Source: Octopus vulgaris (taxonomy: Eukaryota). Taken from it: DNA of 64,000 bases. Positions 26,375-39,200 of this stretch are shown in pieces. Under the pieces are notes generated by a model. That model was not told the origin of the DNA. It saw nothing but the letters and a program-made list of their open reading frames with translations, and made no database searches. The stretch's first letter is position 1. Every line of letters starts with the position of its first letter. Location: the NCBI GenBank assembly GCA_951406725.2, contig OX597815.1, forward strand, positions 125,426,001 through 125,490,000, written 5' to 3'. The position numbers and the translations under genes were made by a program.

Positions 26375-27599
26375 ATCTTAGTATGATATTAGCTGGTTCT
26401 CTTTGTTTTTGCTTTAACTTCAAAATTTGAAACCAGTCTGAGATAAAACTTTCTTTAGGTTTAAATCCTTCAGATCAACAATCTTAAAGTGATGTAGGAT
26501 AAAGATTATCTTTCAGCTTGATGGTTGCACTGATGCCACATAACACAATAAATTTTGGCTTAACAAGTTCATATTTTGCATCATAAACAGTTCTGAGTTA
26601 AACCCATTGTCTAAGAACTTTACCTAAAAACATACATTACAGACTTAGCTTTGTTGTAACTGTGTAGTCACTGTGATAATTTGCTCTTGGATCAGTAATA
26701 CAGCCACGTTCTAATACATTTTATTCTACAAGCAAAACCTATTAAACAACAAATAACTGAATGACTTGAAAATTGCAGTAGAAGTGATTCAACACATTCT
26801 TCTTTATCTTGTCTTGCATTTGGGAAGAATGTTGCAATAGTGGAAACATGGGTCATTCAACAAATTCTTCCGGTCAAAACCATTGTACAGTAATCCCTCA
26901 ACTATCATGAGTGTTACATTCCAAAACCACCCCACAGAAATAATTAAAATCTAAAAAAATATAAATACCTATCTGCTGTAGAAGCCCACGATATAAATTT
27001 ACATACATTAGCCAGAAAAATTCACAATGTACTAAGTGCAGGATAGGTGAACTGTGATGTACTGAGTGCACGATAGGTGAACCATGATATAGTGAGAGAT
27101 TACTGTATTCTATGAAGTTTGGCCACAATGTTAAAGGTATGGGTCAAACAATTTGATAATGAGGAAGTGATTTTGAATATTAATTATGCAACAAATGATG
27201 AATTACAACTGGTTAATTGTAAATTGAATGGACAATAAGTTCGAATATAACTGGACTCTGGTACAACATTTTCATTATTCCAGTTCCACTGTTACCATTA
27301 ATCATCAAACCTATTGACTGACATTTAACTTTACATAACAGTTCAAAACCAGAGATTCTTGATACTATAATAGCTTTGCTTGACAATGGAAATTACAAAA
27401 CCCAACTCTTCAGTTTTGCTATGGTTAATAGCCCTTACAACTTTGGGTTAATCTGTACAGATATTCTGAAAGGTACACTATATTACTATGCTTTTACCCA
27501 CAATAAAGTGCTATAACACTAATATTTTAGTAGGTGCAGCAAACAATAACATTTGTTCAACATACCCAGTTCTAGTATACATAAAAAAAAGGAGCTTGA

Positions 27600-29050
27600 A
27601 ATGAATTTCACAATCTTGACATTATGGGAATTACAACTCGATGTCTTCATGAATTTTTCAACTATGCATCACCAATAGTTTGGGTGTGAAAAAAAGACAG
27701 TTATTAAGAGTGTGCTGACTATAAAGTATACCTAAATGGCTTTCTCAGTTCACTGATATGTAAAGAGCATAATTTTCTCCTCAATTGACTTAGTGTGCAT
27801 GCCGACAAATTTGGAATAGGATTCTAAGAGATGGTGTGTGAGCAATGGTCTTCACTTAATCGATAAACTTCAGATAAATCTCAAAAATAGCAGCTCCATT
27901 TTCCAGTGTTGTATGGAGTCTATTGAAAGTAGTTAATGGCATAAGTATATTTCAGGATGGCATATTCATCTTTGTAGCAATCCAAAATAAAGTGAAGAAT
28001 CAAAATGATGCAGTTATTGTAAAAGGTACCAATGTAATGATTAACCTAAATCATTGATTTGGATTACTTATCGCAGGTGCAAACAATCAAGTCTGCTGTG
28101 AAAAGTTACTGTCCATCAACTGGAAAGTTTGATGAGTATTTAATAACTCTTTTGATACTATCCCACCTGAGATGATCCCTAGTTCTATGAAAGAAACTTC
28201 AGGTTTAGCAGTAATATAAATTAAAACATTTCATCCAACTTTAATGTTAATTTCTGTTCCAAATATGAGCTTATTTTACTTAATTATAATTTTCAAAAAT
28301 GATTAAAATAATGGTAGTGTATTTCAATAAAAAAAAAATAGAGAAGCAAAAAAGTTAAAAGTCTTTTCAACCATTTCATTGAATCTGAGAACTTATTTGG
28401 CTGAGTCGAGTAATTGTAGACCCTTTTCACAAGGTTGGACAAATGGTTCGTTACAAAAGCAAAACAATAGAACTTCCTATTGATGTACATCATCTGATTC
28501 ATTCTGGCTGAAATCAACCTAGATTAAATGTGGATAGGAAATAGTTCAGTTGGCATCAAAAGAACAAATAACTTCTAAATATACTTCCCCAAGCATTTGC
28601 TAATCAGCATAATGTTACCAATAGGTCAGCATCAATTAATTTCTCCATCTCCTGTTGAGCTGCCATTTGATCATGTGATACACTGTAGCAATGTTTCCAA
28701 CAGGTCAACATTGTCACCAGATATGTCACAGTAAAGGATTGCAAGACAGTTTCTTCAAGCCAAGTCGATTGGCAGGAGTCCTAAGGCTAGACCATGTGCA
28801 AAGTGGTTGGATACTAGTCATAGTCTCACCTGGTTATGCTTGAGTGTCCAGCAGGAAATTCTAATGGCAATTGTTGCTGATAGGACTCTATGGAGGAGGT
28901 GCCTGAGGATTCTACACGTATTATTCTCTCAGAAATAGCAGGTGACAAAAATGGATGGCTGGATGGACTCCAATCACTGTTGCTTTTAATATCTATCTCC
29001 CACACCTTCCTTACTGTCAATATTTCTAAATCATGCTCCACCTTGTAGGA
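27600..29050 (+). pseudogene. Highly decayed Ty3/Gypsy pol relic, interrupted by a MITE
   Basis: From 27666: ASPIVWV*KKDSY*ECADYKVYLN (gypsy RT SPIV..V.KKDG..R.C.DY..LN). FSSIDL near 27775. GISIFQDGIFI near 27940 (degenerate FxDD). Confidence 0.55.
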
Positions 29051-29689
29051 ACTTAATAAGAAATATTATAACATCAAATGAGCTGCAAAATTGCAAAAGG
29101 AATTCACAAGCCACTAAGATTAGGTAACATGATTTATCTTTCCTGGTTGGAGTAATGTTATAGTTATAGTATTTTATTATTAAGTATATATGCCTTGTCT
29201 TTGCTGCTCACTGTATCTATCTGCCATGTCTGTGATGTCATTATGTTAATATTATCACATTATATATGTTTTGCATACCTGCACATAGTTAGGACTATTT
29301 AATGTGACTATCAGTATGCCACATAAGCAACATTTGTTAACCACAAAATCTCCTTTTTGACAGTTGTCTGAAGTTTTGAATTTACTCACTTGTGGGTGTT
29401 ATTGTAAATACAACACCCATTCACATCTTTTCCATAGATTTGTTGGCCAGGCATTAACTACATCATTCTCATCAGTTTAGGATCATCTGCAAAACTGGTG
29501 AGAATGATGTATTGGGTCAAGTCATAAATAATTTCCATTTTTTGGAAGTAAATTGTAACAATGCATTTCAAACTTCAGGTGTTTAAAATTGAAATGGCAG
29601 CTACTGTTTATAAAAGAGCCTCATTTGTGTTTTATATTTAAGCAGTGAAAGCATGCACATCATAGTTTAATATTAAATTTCACTAGAAG

Positions 29690-30672
29690 TTGTTGGTAGC
29701 TTCTGTTACCTTGGTGACAAAATCAGTAGTGGGGGTGGATGCTCTGAGAGTGTAGCTACTAGTATAAGAATAGGGTGGGCAAAGTTCAGAGAGCTCCTCT
29801 ACTGGTAACAAAGGGCTTCTTGTTCAGAGTGAAAGGCAGACTGTATAATGCCTGTATGCAAACAGCTATGCTACATGTTAGTGAAACATGGGCTGTGACT
29901 GCTCAGGACATGCATAGGCTTGTAAGAAATGAAGCTAATATGCTTTGCTGGATGTGTAATGTCAGTGTACATGCGCGACAGAGTGTAAGCGTCTTGAGAG
30001 AAAAGTTGGGTATAAGGAACATCAGATGTGGTGTGCAAGAGAAACAACTGCACTAGTATGGTCATGTGATGAGTATGGCTGAGGACAGATGTGTGTAGAA
30101 GTGTCACACCCTAAGTGGGGGGAACCTGTGAGAGAGGTAGACCCAGGAAGACATAGTGCGAGGTGAAGCATGATCTTCGAATGTTGGGCCTAATGAAAAT
30201 GATGACAAGCGACTGAGAGCTTTGGTGACATGCCTTGCTTGAGAAGACCCATCAAGCTGAGTGAAATTGTAGTTATGGCTGATGCCAGTGCCGTCTGACT
30301 GGTACCTGTGCTGGGGGCACATAAAAATCACCATTTGAGTGTTGGGTATCATGGAGGCAGTGTTGGGTATCATGCAGGCAGTAACAGGTGACCAAGACCT
30401 TTGGGATATACTGTGCTTGTGTTGACCTGTCAAGCCAAGTGAGACTATAGTCATGGCCAATGCCAGTGTCAGGTCAGTGACATCCATGCCAGTGGTATGT
30501 AAAAATACCCACTGTGCTCTCGGAGTGGTTGGCATTAGGAAGGGCATCCAGCCATAGAAACCTTGTCAAATCAGATTGGAACCTGGTGCAGCTCCCCAGC
30601 TTACTAATTTTCAGTCAAACTGTCCAACCCATGCCAGCATGAAAGCTGACGTTAAACAATGATGATGATGAT
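29690..30672 (+). mobile_element. 5'-truncated RTE LINE
   Basis: RVKGRLYNACMQTAMLHVSETW...RNEANMLCWMC; same family as 39850-40880; (GAT)n tail. Confidence 0.85.
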
Positions 30673-30679
30673 GGCGACC

Positions 30680-31762
30680 TCCCCCTAAAATGGATGAACT
30701 GAAAGTGTATATTTGACATGTGATATTGTGGGAGTTCAAGAATGGAAAAAAAAAACCCATCAGAAACAGCTAAGAAAATATGTAGCCAATGTGTCATTAC
30801 TGAACGGCAAGTGTGGAATTGGCTTTCAAAGTTTCGTTCTGGAGATTTGTCATTGAGAGACAACTCAGACCATGGCACTCATCAGACTTTGATCAAGAAA
30901 CTTTAAGAAAATTAGTGGAATTCACTCTTCGTGAAAATACTTGGGAATTAGCAATTAACCTCAGCACATCCCAATCCACCATCTGTCGCCACTTGGAAAA
31001 GATAGGAAAAGCAAGCTGGGGGTATAGGTTCTCCATACTTTTAGTGAGAAGAATAGGGAAGATTGCATGTCCACAGTGACAAGTCTTCTTCCTAGACAGA
31101 GAAATTATCTGCTTCTCAATATCATTACAGGTAATGAAAAATGAGTCTTTTATGTCAATGTTCAATGCAAAATGCAGTAGATTGACAAGGATAAATCTCC
31201 ACAACCTACCTCAAAGGCTGAGCTCCATTGAAGGAAGGTTATGTTGTGTGTATGGTAATATTACTGCGGTATTTTAAGTTTTTAAACTGCAATCAAACAT
31301 TAAATGCTAACTTATACTCTCAACAGCAGCAATGTGTGAATAGAAATCTTTAAAAAAATGCCCTGCACTTGTCATTAGGAGAAACGTTGTACTACTCCAC
31401 AATAACACAAGACCACATTCAGCAAGAATCATGCAGGATAGATTTGGGCTGGTCTGTTCTACCCCATCCACCATATTCACCAGTCTTTGCATCACCTGAT
31501 TTCCATCTTTTTCACTCTCTACTAAATGCTCTGATGGGGAAAATATTTCCTCAAGAAGATCAGGTGAAAATATATGTGGAAAACATCTTCATGTTGAAAC
31601 CAGGTGAATTTTACTCAAGAGGAATCAAAAAGCTACATGATAAATGGTAAAAGGTCATTCAAAATAATGGCAAATATAATGATAAGTGAAAATAATTCTT
31701 TGTGAAAATTTTTTATGAGTAAATGTGTTTAACAATATTGGAAATTATGACTCAACCCAATA
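30680..31762 (+). mobile_element. Mariner transposon remnant
   Basis: DLGWSVLPHPPYSPVFASPDFHLFHSL and LLHNNTRPH motifs; 3' terminus ...gactcaacccaata; 5' end lost at the RTE junction. Confidence 0.85.
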
Positions 31763-31899
31763 GTTTAGGAGCACCTGCAAAGATCACTGATTCTTTGTCT
31801 TCTCTAACTAACTTATAAACTTATAAAAGGAAATCTTCATGACATAAGAGGACAGTGATGAAGACAACAACAAAAAATCGCAGGCATATCAGTAGGTGT

Positions 31900-32050
31900 G
31901 GGCATGGCTGTGTGGTAAGAAGTTCATTTTCTAACCACTTGGTTTTGGGTTCAGTCCCACCACATGGTATCTTGGGCATTCATCTTCTACTATAGCCCCT
32001 AGCTGACCAAAGCCTTATGACTGGATTTGGTAGATGGAAACTGAAAGAAA
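31900..32050 (+). mobile_element. tRNA-derived SINE (third family)
   Basis: ggcatggctgtgtggtaagaag...ggttcagtcccac...tcttctactatagccc...gaccaaagcctt...ggatttggtagatggaaactgaaag. Relatives at about 11050, 21450, 42460, 48120, 52850. Confidence 0.75.
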
Positions 32051-32929
32051 ACACAGATACACATCCATGTGTATAGATAAATATAGATGTATATATGCAA
32101 AAACTAACCTCGCCTGTGCTATTGTCACGTAAGAAGCACTGAGTGCACTCTGCAGAGTGGTTGGTGTTAGGAAGGGCATCCAGCCATAAAAACCCTGTCA
32201 AAACAGACACAGTAGCCTGGAGTAGTTTTCAACCTGGCTGGCTCCTGTCAACTGTCCTACTCATGCATGCATAGAAGACAGACATTAAATGATGATGATA
32301 TTATATGTGCGTGTGTATGTGTCTCCTTGACATCATATGATGGGTGTAAAATGAGTGCTACCACCATACAAGAAGAGCCTTTCATTTCCATCTTTTGGGT
32401 TAAACATGTTTGGCCATGGAGAAATAGTATTACCTTACTTGGAAACAGGTGAGGTTGGGGAAAGTTAACATCTCTCTGTAGAGAGTCTGTCTCAGCAAAC
32501 TCTGTGCCAACTATGTAAGCATGGAAACATGGAACATTAAAATGAGGGTGATGATTGTGATATATTCTTTGATATGTATATGGATAGATTTATTCTTTGA
32601 ATGTATCATTGTTTTGTTTCACAGTCTGCTTTGGGCCTGTATCACAGCAAGACTATCAATTGTCAGTGATATTATCAATAAACTCCGTTCCAATTGTTTG
32701 TAAACATCCACTTCTCCTGTTCTAACACTGACATGTTATGAAAATAAACGAGCAAAACCCCTCCCATGTTGATTTTATTATTTAAATAATATCTGTTACT
32801 TATGGTAGGTGAACAGTGAAAACATTGGAAGAAGTGTTTAGGTCACATAATATTTGACCACATGTGTAAGAAGATAAAATGAACTAGTGGTTTTGTTATG
32901 TCACACTGTTGTCCCATTTAGCCAATATT

Positions 32930-33143
32930 CTTTTCTACTCTAGGCACAAAGCCCAAAATTTGAGGGGAGGGGTTCAGTCAATTAGATCGATCTCACTATG
33001 TAACTGGTACTTAATTTATCGACCCCAAAAGGACGAAAGGCAAAGTTGACCTCAGCAGAATTTGAACTCAGAACGTAAAGACAGATGAAATACCGCTAAG
33101 CATTTTGCCCAGCGTGCTAACATTTCTGCTAGCTTGCTGCCTT
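32930..33143 (-). mobile_element. tRNA-derived SINE (Meta-domain-like) with 16-bp TSD
   Basis: TSD CCATTTAGCCAATATT at 32914-32929 and 33144-33159; core gtcaactttgcctttcgtcc...gtcgataaattaagtaccag. Confidence 0.85.
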
Positions 33144-33224
33144 CCATTTAGCCAATATTAGCATAGATGTAGATGTCATAGATATAAACCAATAAAACAA
33201 AGTGAGCTATTTTTCTCTTTTCAG

Positions 33225-33397
33225 CTGAACAGATATGAAGAGTTTATGTTAGAACAGATCAGGAAAAGACTGAAATCAACGCGGTTACTCTTGATTTATC
33301 AGTATTTACCCATAACAGTTGCAGAGAAGAAAAACATGCAATACCAGCTCTCCACTCAAGGCTTCAGATTATTTCATGCCAACACTAAACTTATGAA
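33225..33397 (+). CDS. MRPL10: MRPL10 exon 3
   Basis: ttttctcttttcag| LNRYEEFMLEQIRKRLKSTRLLLIYQYLPITVAEKKNMQYQLSTQGFRLFHANTKLM(K) |GTGAG; 173 nt, phase 0 to 2; start of the L10 domain. Confidence 0.9.
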
Positions 33398-34706
33398 GTG
33401 AGTTTTTTTTATTTAAATCTGCTTGTTAGTTTCCATGCTAATTAATGCTTTTTATACTAACCCATATAAGGCTGCCCTTGGTTCATTAACACAAACTCCC
33501 TCATTTAAAGTGATCAAAATTTCATGTAATTTTTCTTCCAAACACCAGCTTAATCATGAAAATGTTGTTTTACTAAATACTTCATTATTTTCCAAATTAA
33601 TAGAAACAAAAGCAGCTTATTTTAACAGAACTTTGGTAAAATTTTTCAGAAGGGCATTGACTTTATTTATACTTTCTCTATCTTATACCACTCATATTTA
33701 TCATGTGTAATAATTTTTTAAAATTCTCTTTTCAAATGTTAGCTTTGCCTGTTGATTGTGTTTTGAAACTATTATACTAAATCCAATGTTTAATTATTGT
33801 TTCTCTTGATGTTATTTCTTGTTGGATAATCAATTCAGTTGTGCTTGGACAGAATGTGATGTGGAGATAGAACTAGTCATTTGATTTATGTTTTTGTTTA
33901 TCTCACATTTATTGTAGAGAAAACTGTTCCATTCAAAAATGGTCATAAATTTTGCACTAGTTAAAAAGGTTTCTTTGTTTATATCATGCTTCTAGTGTTG
34001 CTGACATTGTTGTTGCTGCAGCACTCTTTCTTCCTTATGTTTAATGTTCAGCCTTACACCCCAGTGAAAATTCACATTAATTATATTGTTGTGCCTCTGT
34101 TGCACATATTAGTAACTTATACCTCTTTCCATGGTAATTATTTAATTCAAAAGAAATACTATTTTTGTTTCACAACTGTTTACAAGCCATTGTTAATAAT
34201 CTCTAGATAAATGGTAACCACTTAGTCAATTTACCATATTTGATGGAATAAAATGTGCTCAGGTGTAGTAGACACATCCCAATTTCAGCAGCACATATTC
34301 AAGAAAAAATAATTTTGTGCTTTTAAATATTGAAAGCAATTTTACATCTAGGTCCTTGGTTGATTTTTTTAAAGATGTGTTTTTGAGGAAAAATTGCATC
34401 TTATATGCCATCAAATATGGTATTCTTAATACTCTATGGAAAACAAGTTTCTTTAGTAGGTTTTCTTGATTCAATAAAAGTTAAAAATTATTTTAGTTTT
34501 TGAAAATATAATCAAAAGAACTAATGAATGAGTCTATACATAATTTACATTATTGCTTTTGTTTAATGTTGGAAACACTATTATGTTATTCAACAACAGT
34601 TTGATTGTTCTCTTGTTTTATTATCCTCCATCAGTTAACCAAACTCAATCAAACCAATGACACAGAGGTAATTAATTTGTTATTGCTACTTTCTTTTATT
34701 TTCTAG

Positions 34707-34843
34707 GACAGCACTGGCTGAAACTCGATGGGCAAATCTTTGTCAGAACATCTCTCAGTTTACCTGCTATATATCAAGTGATTCTCTAAAAGTCAGTGAT
34801 TTATTGAAATGTACCCATACTATGCCAAAATTAATATTACTTG
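34707..34843 (+). CDS. MRPL10: MRPL10 exon 4
   Basis: ttttctag| TALAETRWANLCQNISQFTCYISSDSLKVSDLLKCTHTMPKLILL(G) |GTAAG; 137 nt, phase 2 to 1. Confidence 0.9.
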
Positions 34844-35789
34844 GTAAGAAAAATACCTAATTTAAAAAAAATATAACTTTAGTATTCTTCCTTCTGTTAT
34901 TCTTTTCATTTCCATCCTTTCATAGTAATTCTGTCTCATTCATCATAAGTTGCATGTAAGTTGCAAGATGATCCGAACAGTGCTGGTGCTACAAAAGCAC
35001 CCAATACACTCTGTAAATGATTGATAATCAATTTGAGCTATGACAATGCTGGGCTTGAGAGGACTCCTTGGTCTAACTGACAGAAAAGCAACCCCTATAG
35101 TACTGGTGACACAAAAAATGCACCCAAAATGCTTAGAAAAGTGGTTAATCCAAATACAGTAACCATGCCAGAATGAGACCCAGAGAAATACATGGTCTTC
35201 CAACCTGTTGAATTCTGTTGACCTGTGCCAATCATCCCATCAAGGAAAGTGAGCATAAAATAGTGAAAATGGTGATGATTTGTACCTTGACTTTGTGTCA
35301 TTTCAATAGCATATATAATGTATTATACTGGCACTTCATTAGTTATGATGACGGGTTCCGGTTGATTTGATCAACAGAATAGCCTGCTTGTGAAATTAAT
35401 GTGTAAGTGGCTGACCACTTCAAAGACACATGTACACATAATCTCTGGGAGATTCAACATGACACAGGCTGTGACAAGGCTGGCTCTTTGAATTGCAAGT
35501 ACAGCTCATTTTTGTCAGTTGATTGGACTAGAGCAATGTGAAATAAAGTGTCTTGCTCGAGGACACAATGCACTGCTGGGAATTGAACTCACAACCTTGC
35601 AATCATGAGCCAAATACCCTAACATCTAAGCCATATGCCTTCACAGCACAATATATAACCATAAAATACTATTACAATATGTCAGATAAGCTGTCCGCAA
35701 CCAGTGGAATGAGGTGGCACCTTCAATTGTCTAGCACTTCCAAGGAATGTTGTTTACTGTAAGTGGTCCACCCTGATGTTCCTATCAGT

Positions 35790-36200
35790 ATTATTATTAT
35801 TACTTGATGAAAATTCTCAGCTTATTTTGCTGGGTATGAAGGAAAGTATCAGTTGTCCACAGCCAGCAGACTAAGGTGACACTTGTTTACTGGTTATACT
35901 TCAAGAACCCTGCAAAGAATTCTTGTAGTACCAAGTAATCCTGATTTTTGTAGGTGTTCTATCTTTACATTTGTACCAATCTTTTTCAGCCAAGTTGGTA
36001 GTTGAGTGCTGATACTTCCAAGTGTACCAATTAGTATTGGGTATCACGTCTACTCTCTCCATTGACCAAAACCTTTGTATTTCCCACTTAAAATCATTGT
36101 AGTTGTTCAGTTTTCTTTCTTTCGCTTTGATCCTGTTGTCACCGGTATATGCTATGTCAATTATCATGCATATTCCATTCCTTTGCCAAACGATGTCGAG
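35790..36200 (-). mobile_element. R4/Dong-like RLE retrotransposon fragment, 3' end with (TAA)n tail
   Basis: CMIIDIA..GD...KE.KL..Y..(F)KWEIQRFW continues the RLE domain broken by the RTE. Ends in (TAA)n at 35790-35802. Confidence 0.75.
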
Positions 36201-36222
36201 AAGCTAAGTTAAGATTCTTTCT

Positions 36223-39200
36223 CATTTTTTCCGTTCCTGTACCCATTCGCCATTAACACCTTAAATGTATTATTTGCTAACAGCTTGTTTTCATGAGCTA
36301 ACCATTGAAAATGTCCCCTCAAAATATAATTTTAATTCTATCTCATGTAATTTCATTAAATTAATTACTCGTTTCTCCTGTTTAATCTCATCTTTATTAC
36401 CATATTTTCGTCCTTCTGTCCCCAGACAAAACTTTGTTTATTTGTAGTGTGCTCGCCCTTTCCCAGCCCCACCACCAATACCGGATATCTATATCGGCCT
36501 ACCATCTACACCAGATATCCCTTCTCCTGCCACCATTACCCGTGTCTATTCTCCCACCTTTCTCCTCACTGGGCTGTTCTCCATATATTACCATCACTTC
36601 TCCTCTCTCTCCTAGGACTAATGCAACCAGCCCAGCTGCTCATCCACCCACCCACTTCACTGACTATCCTATGTTTCATTCTGTCTAGAAATTTGTCACA
36701 ACCATTTCCAGTTATCTCTTCTCCCAATTCCTCCTCCCCACTGGTGATGTTCCCTATATTACCTGCACTCTATCTCTCTCCCTCTCTTTCTCTACCTCTT
36801 CCTCTCTTTCTTTATCTCTCTACTGGGACAAACGCAACCAGGTTATCTGCCCATCTACTTAACCGGCTATCTTTCATCCCATTTTCATTCTGTATAGAAA
36901 CATGCCAAATACTAGCCAAGAATTTCCCTTGGCCTTATGAAGTGAAGGAGAAAGCTATTTGGCTGCCTGTGTATGCTTGTTCTTGTGTGTGGGTGACCTT
37001 GTGTATATATATATAGGAATGAGCGTGTTCCCTCTCTCTCTCTCTGAACTCTTCCCCACTGGTGGTACCCTCCATTATACCTGCAATCTCCCTCTACCCG
37101 GACAAACGCAACCAGTTTCATCTGACTCCTTCCTAACCTAACATTGGAATATCCATATTTTTGCTACACTGCTTGAATCTACATAATTCGATGACCATAA
37201 TGCTTATGCTTACAACGCTGCTAACTCCGGCTCCTACCTCCAGTAAGGGCAACAATCTTAACATGCCTGAATGCTTGAATGTTGTCAGGTTGGAAGAAAG
37301 AACAGATGAAGCATGCCTACCAAACGAAAATCACAACAACACTCTTCTTTTCAAGCGCTGAATAACATCCCTCCTTCCCAAACCTCATGCCACATTCCCT
37401 TCCCAGTTTTCAGAGTTGGCACTGTCAATGTTGGCACACTGAAAGGTAGGTCTAGTGAGATTGTAGAGATGCTTGAAAGGAGATGGGTTGATGTATGCTT
37501 CATACAAGAGGTAAGATGGAGAGGAGCTTCAGCTAGGGTCCTCACAGGCAAGGCACATAGGTATAAAGTCTTCTGGCAAGGTAACATGGATGGTGTAGGG
37601 GGTGTAGGCATACTCCTTTCAGAGAAATGGGTGGATAAGGTCATAGAGGTTGTTAGGGTATGCGATAGAGTGCTTAAGCTCAGGCTAGTCCTGCAGAACA
37701 CCACAGCTACAATTATCTCCGCCTACTTCCCACATGTGGGGCTACCAAATGATCAGAAGGACCACTTTTATGATACCCTTCTACAGGTTACCTCACAGAT
37801 GAGTGGTAATGACCTCATCTTTGTGGTTGGAGACTTTAATGGGCATGTTGGGCAGGAATCTGGTATCTTCACTGGGGTACATGGTGACCATGGTATTGGC
37901 ACCCAAAACGATGAGGGAACCAGGCTACTAGAGTTCTGTGATGCATGTAACCTTTTAATCTGCAACACTAACTTCAGGAAGCCAGATAGTCACTTTATAG
38001 CCTATCAATCTGCGGACTCTGCTAGCCAGATTGATTTCATCCTCAGCAGGACGCAGGGTTGCTCATAAATACAAAGCCCCTTCCAGGTGAACAATGTACC
38101 CTCCAGCATAGGCTAGTTATTAGTGACTTTAGGCTTGAGGCCAGAAGGATACCAAGAAGCAGACCAATCCAAAAAAGAAGAATTTAGAAGCTAAAGAACT
38201 CTTCACATGGTCGGAGATTTAGGGACATCCTTATCAAGAAATTTGAGGAAAGGGAGGGGGAGCTACAGACATTGGACATAGAAGGTAGCTGGAAATTCTT
38301 ACAGGACAGCTTGCTGAGTGCCACAGACCAAGTCTCTGGATGGTGCAAAGTCCCTTCCAAACCTAGAGTTACATGGTGGTGGAATAATATGGTAGAGCAA
38401 AGAAACAAGCCTGGAAAGCCTGGAAGGGTGGGGGTAGCAGAGAATTGTACCAGGTAGCCAAAAGGGAGGCTGGGTAGCAGGTATACATAGTCAAGAGCGT
38501 AGCGGAAAAAAAGAAGTTTGCCAGTGTCCAGTGATGTGAGGACCAAAGAACTGAGGTATTTCAGATTGCAAGACAGTGTGTGAGAGAAAATTGTGATGTC
38601 ACAGGAGAGAAATGTGTCCACATGGATGATGGTGCACTTGCTTTTAATGATTCTGAAAAGAAAGAGGCTTGGAGAAGCCATTATGAAAGACTGCTGAATG
38701 TGGAGAATGAATGTGAGGAGGAGAGCCTGACAAATGTTGACCCAGTAGAGGGACCAGCTATCTGAATAGAGAGCTCCTGAGTAGATAAAGCAATTAAGAG
38801 TATGATGCCAGGAAAAGCCCCCGGCCCATCAGGAATCACTGCTGAGATGCTTAAAACATCTGGTAGTGTGGGCTATGGCCTAGTCACCTGCATTGTAAAC
38901 CAGGTAGTTCATGATGGAGTCATACCCAATGACTGGCATAGCAGCACCATAGTCAACTGCTACAAGGGTAAAGGTGATGCTCCAGATAGAAATAACTACA
39001 GGGGTATCAAACTGCTGGATCAGGTGATGACGGTCACAGAGAAGGTCAAAGCCCATCTCATTAGGGAGAGAGTCTGCTTAGATGAGATGCAGTTTGGTTT
39101 TGTGCTGGGTAGAAGCACCACTGATGACATATTCCTGGTTTGACAACTGCAGGTGAAATACCTAGCTAAAGATAAACACCTGTACTTAGCTTTTGTGAAC

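Noticed and set aside
36447-37016. 189-aa ORF as an RTE ORF1
   Set aside because: Low-complexity Leu/Ser/Pro translation of a pyrimidine-rich 5' UTR with no conserved motif.
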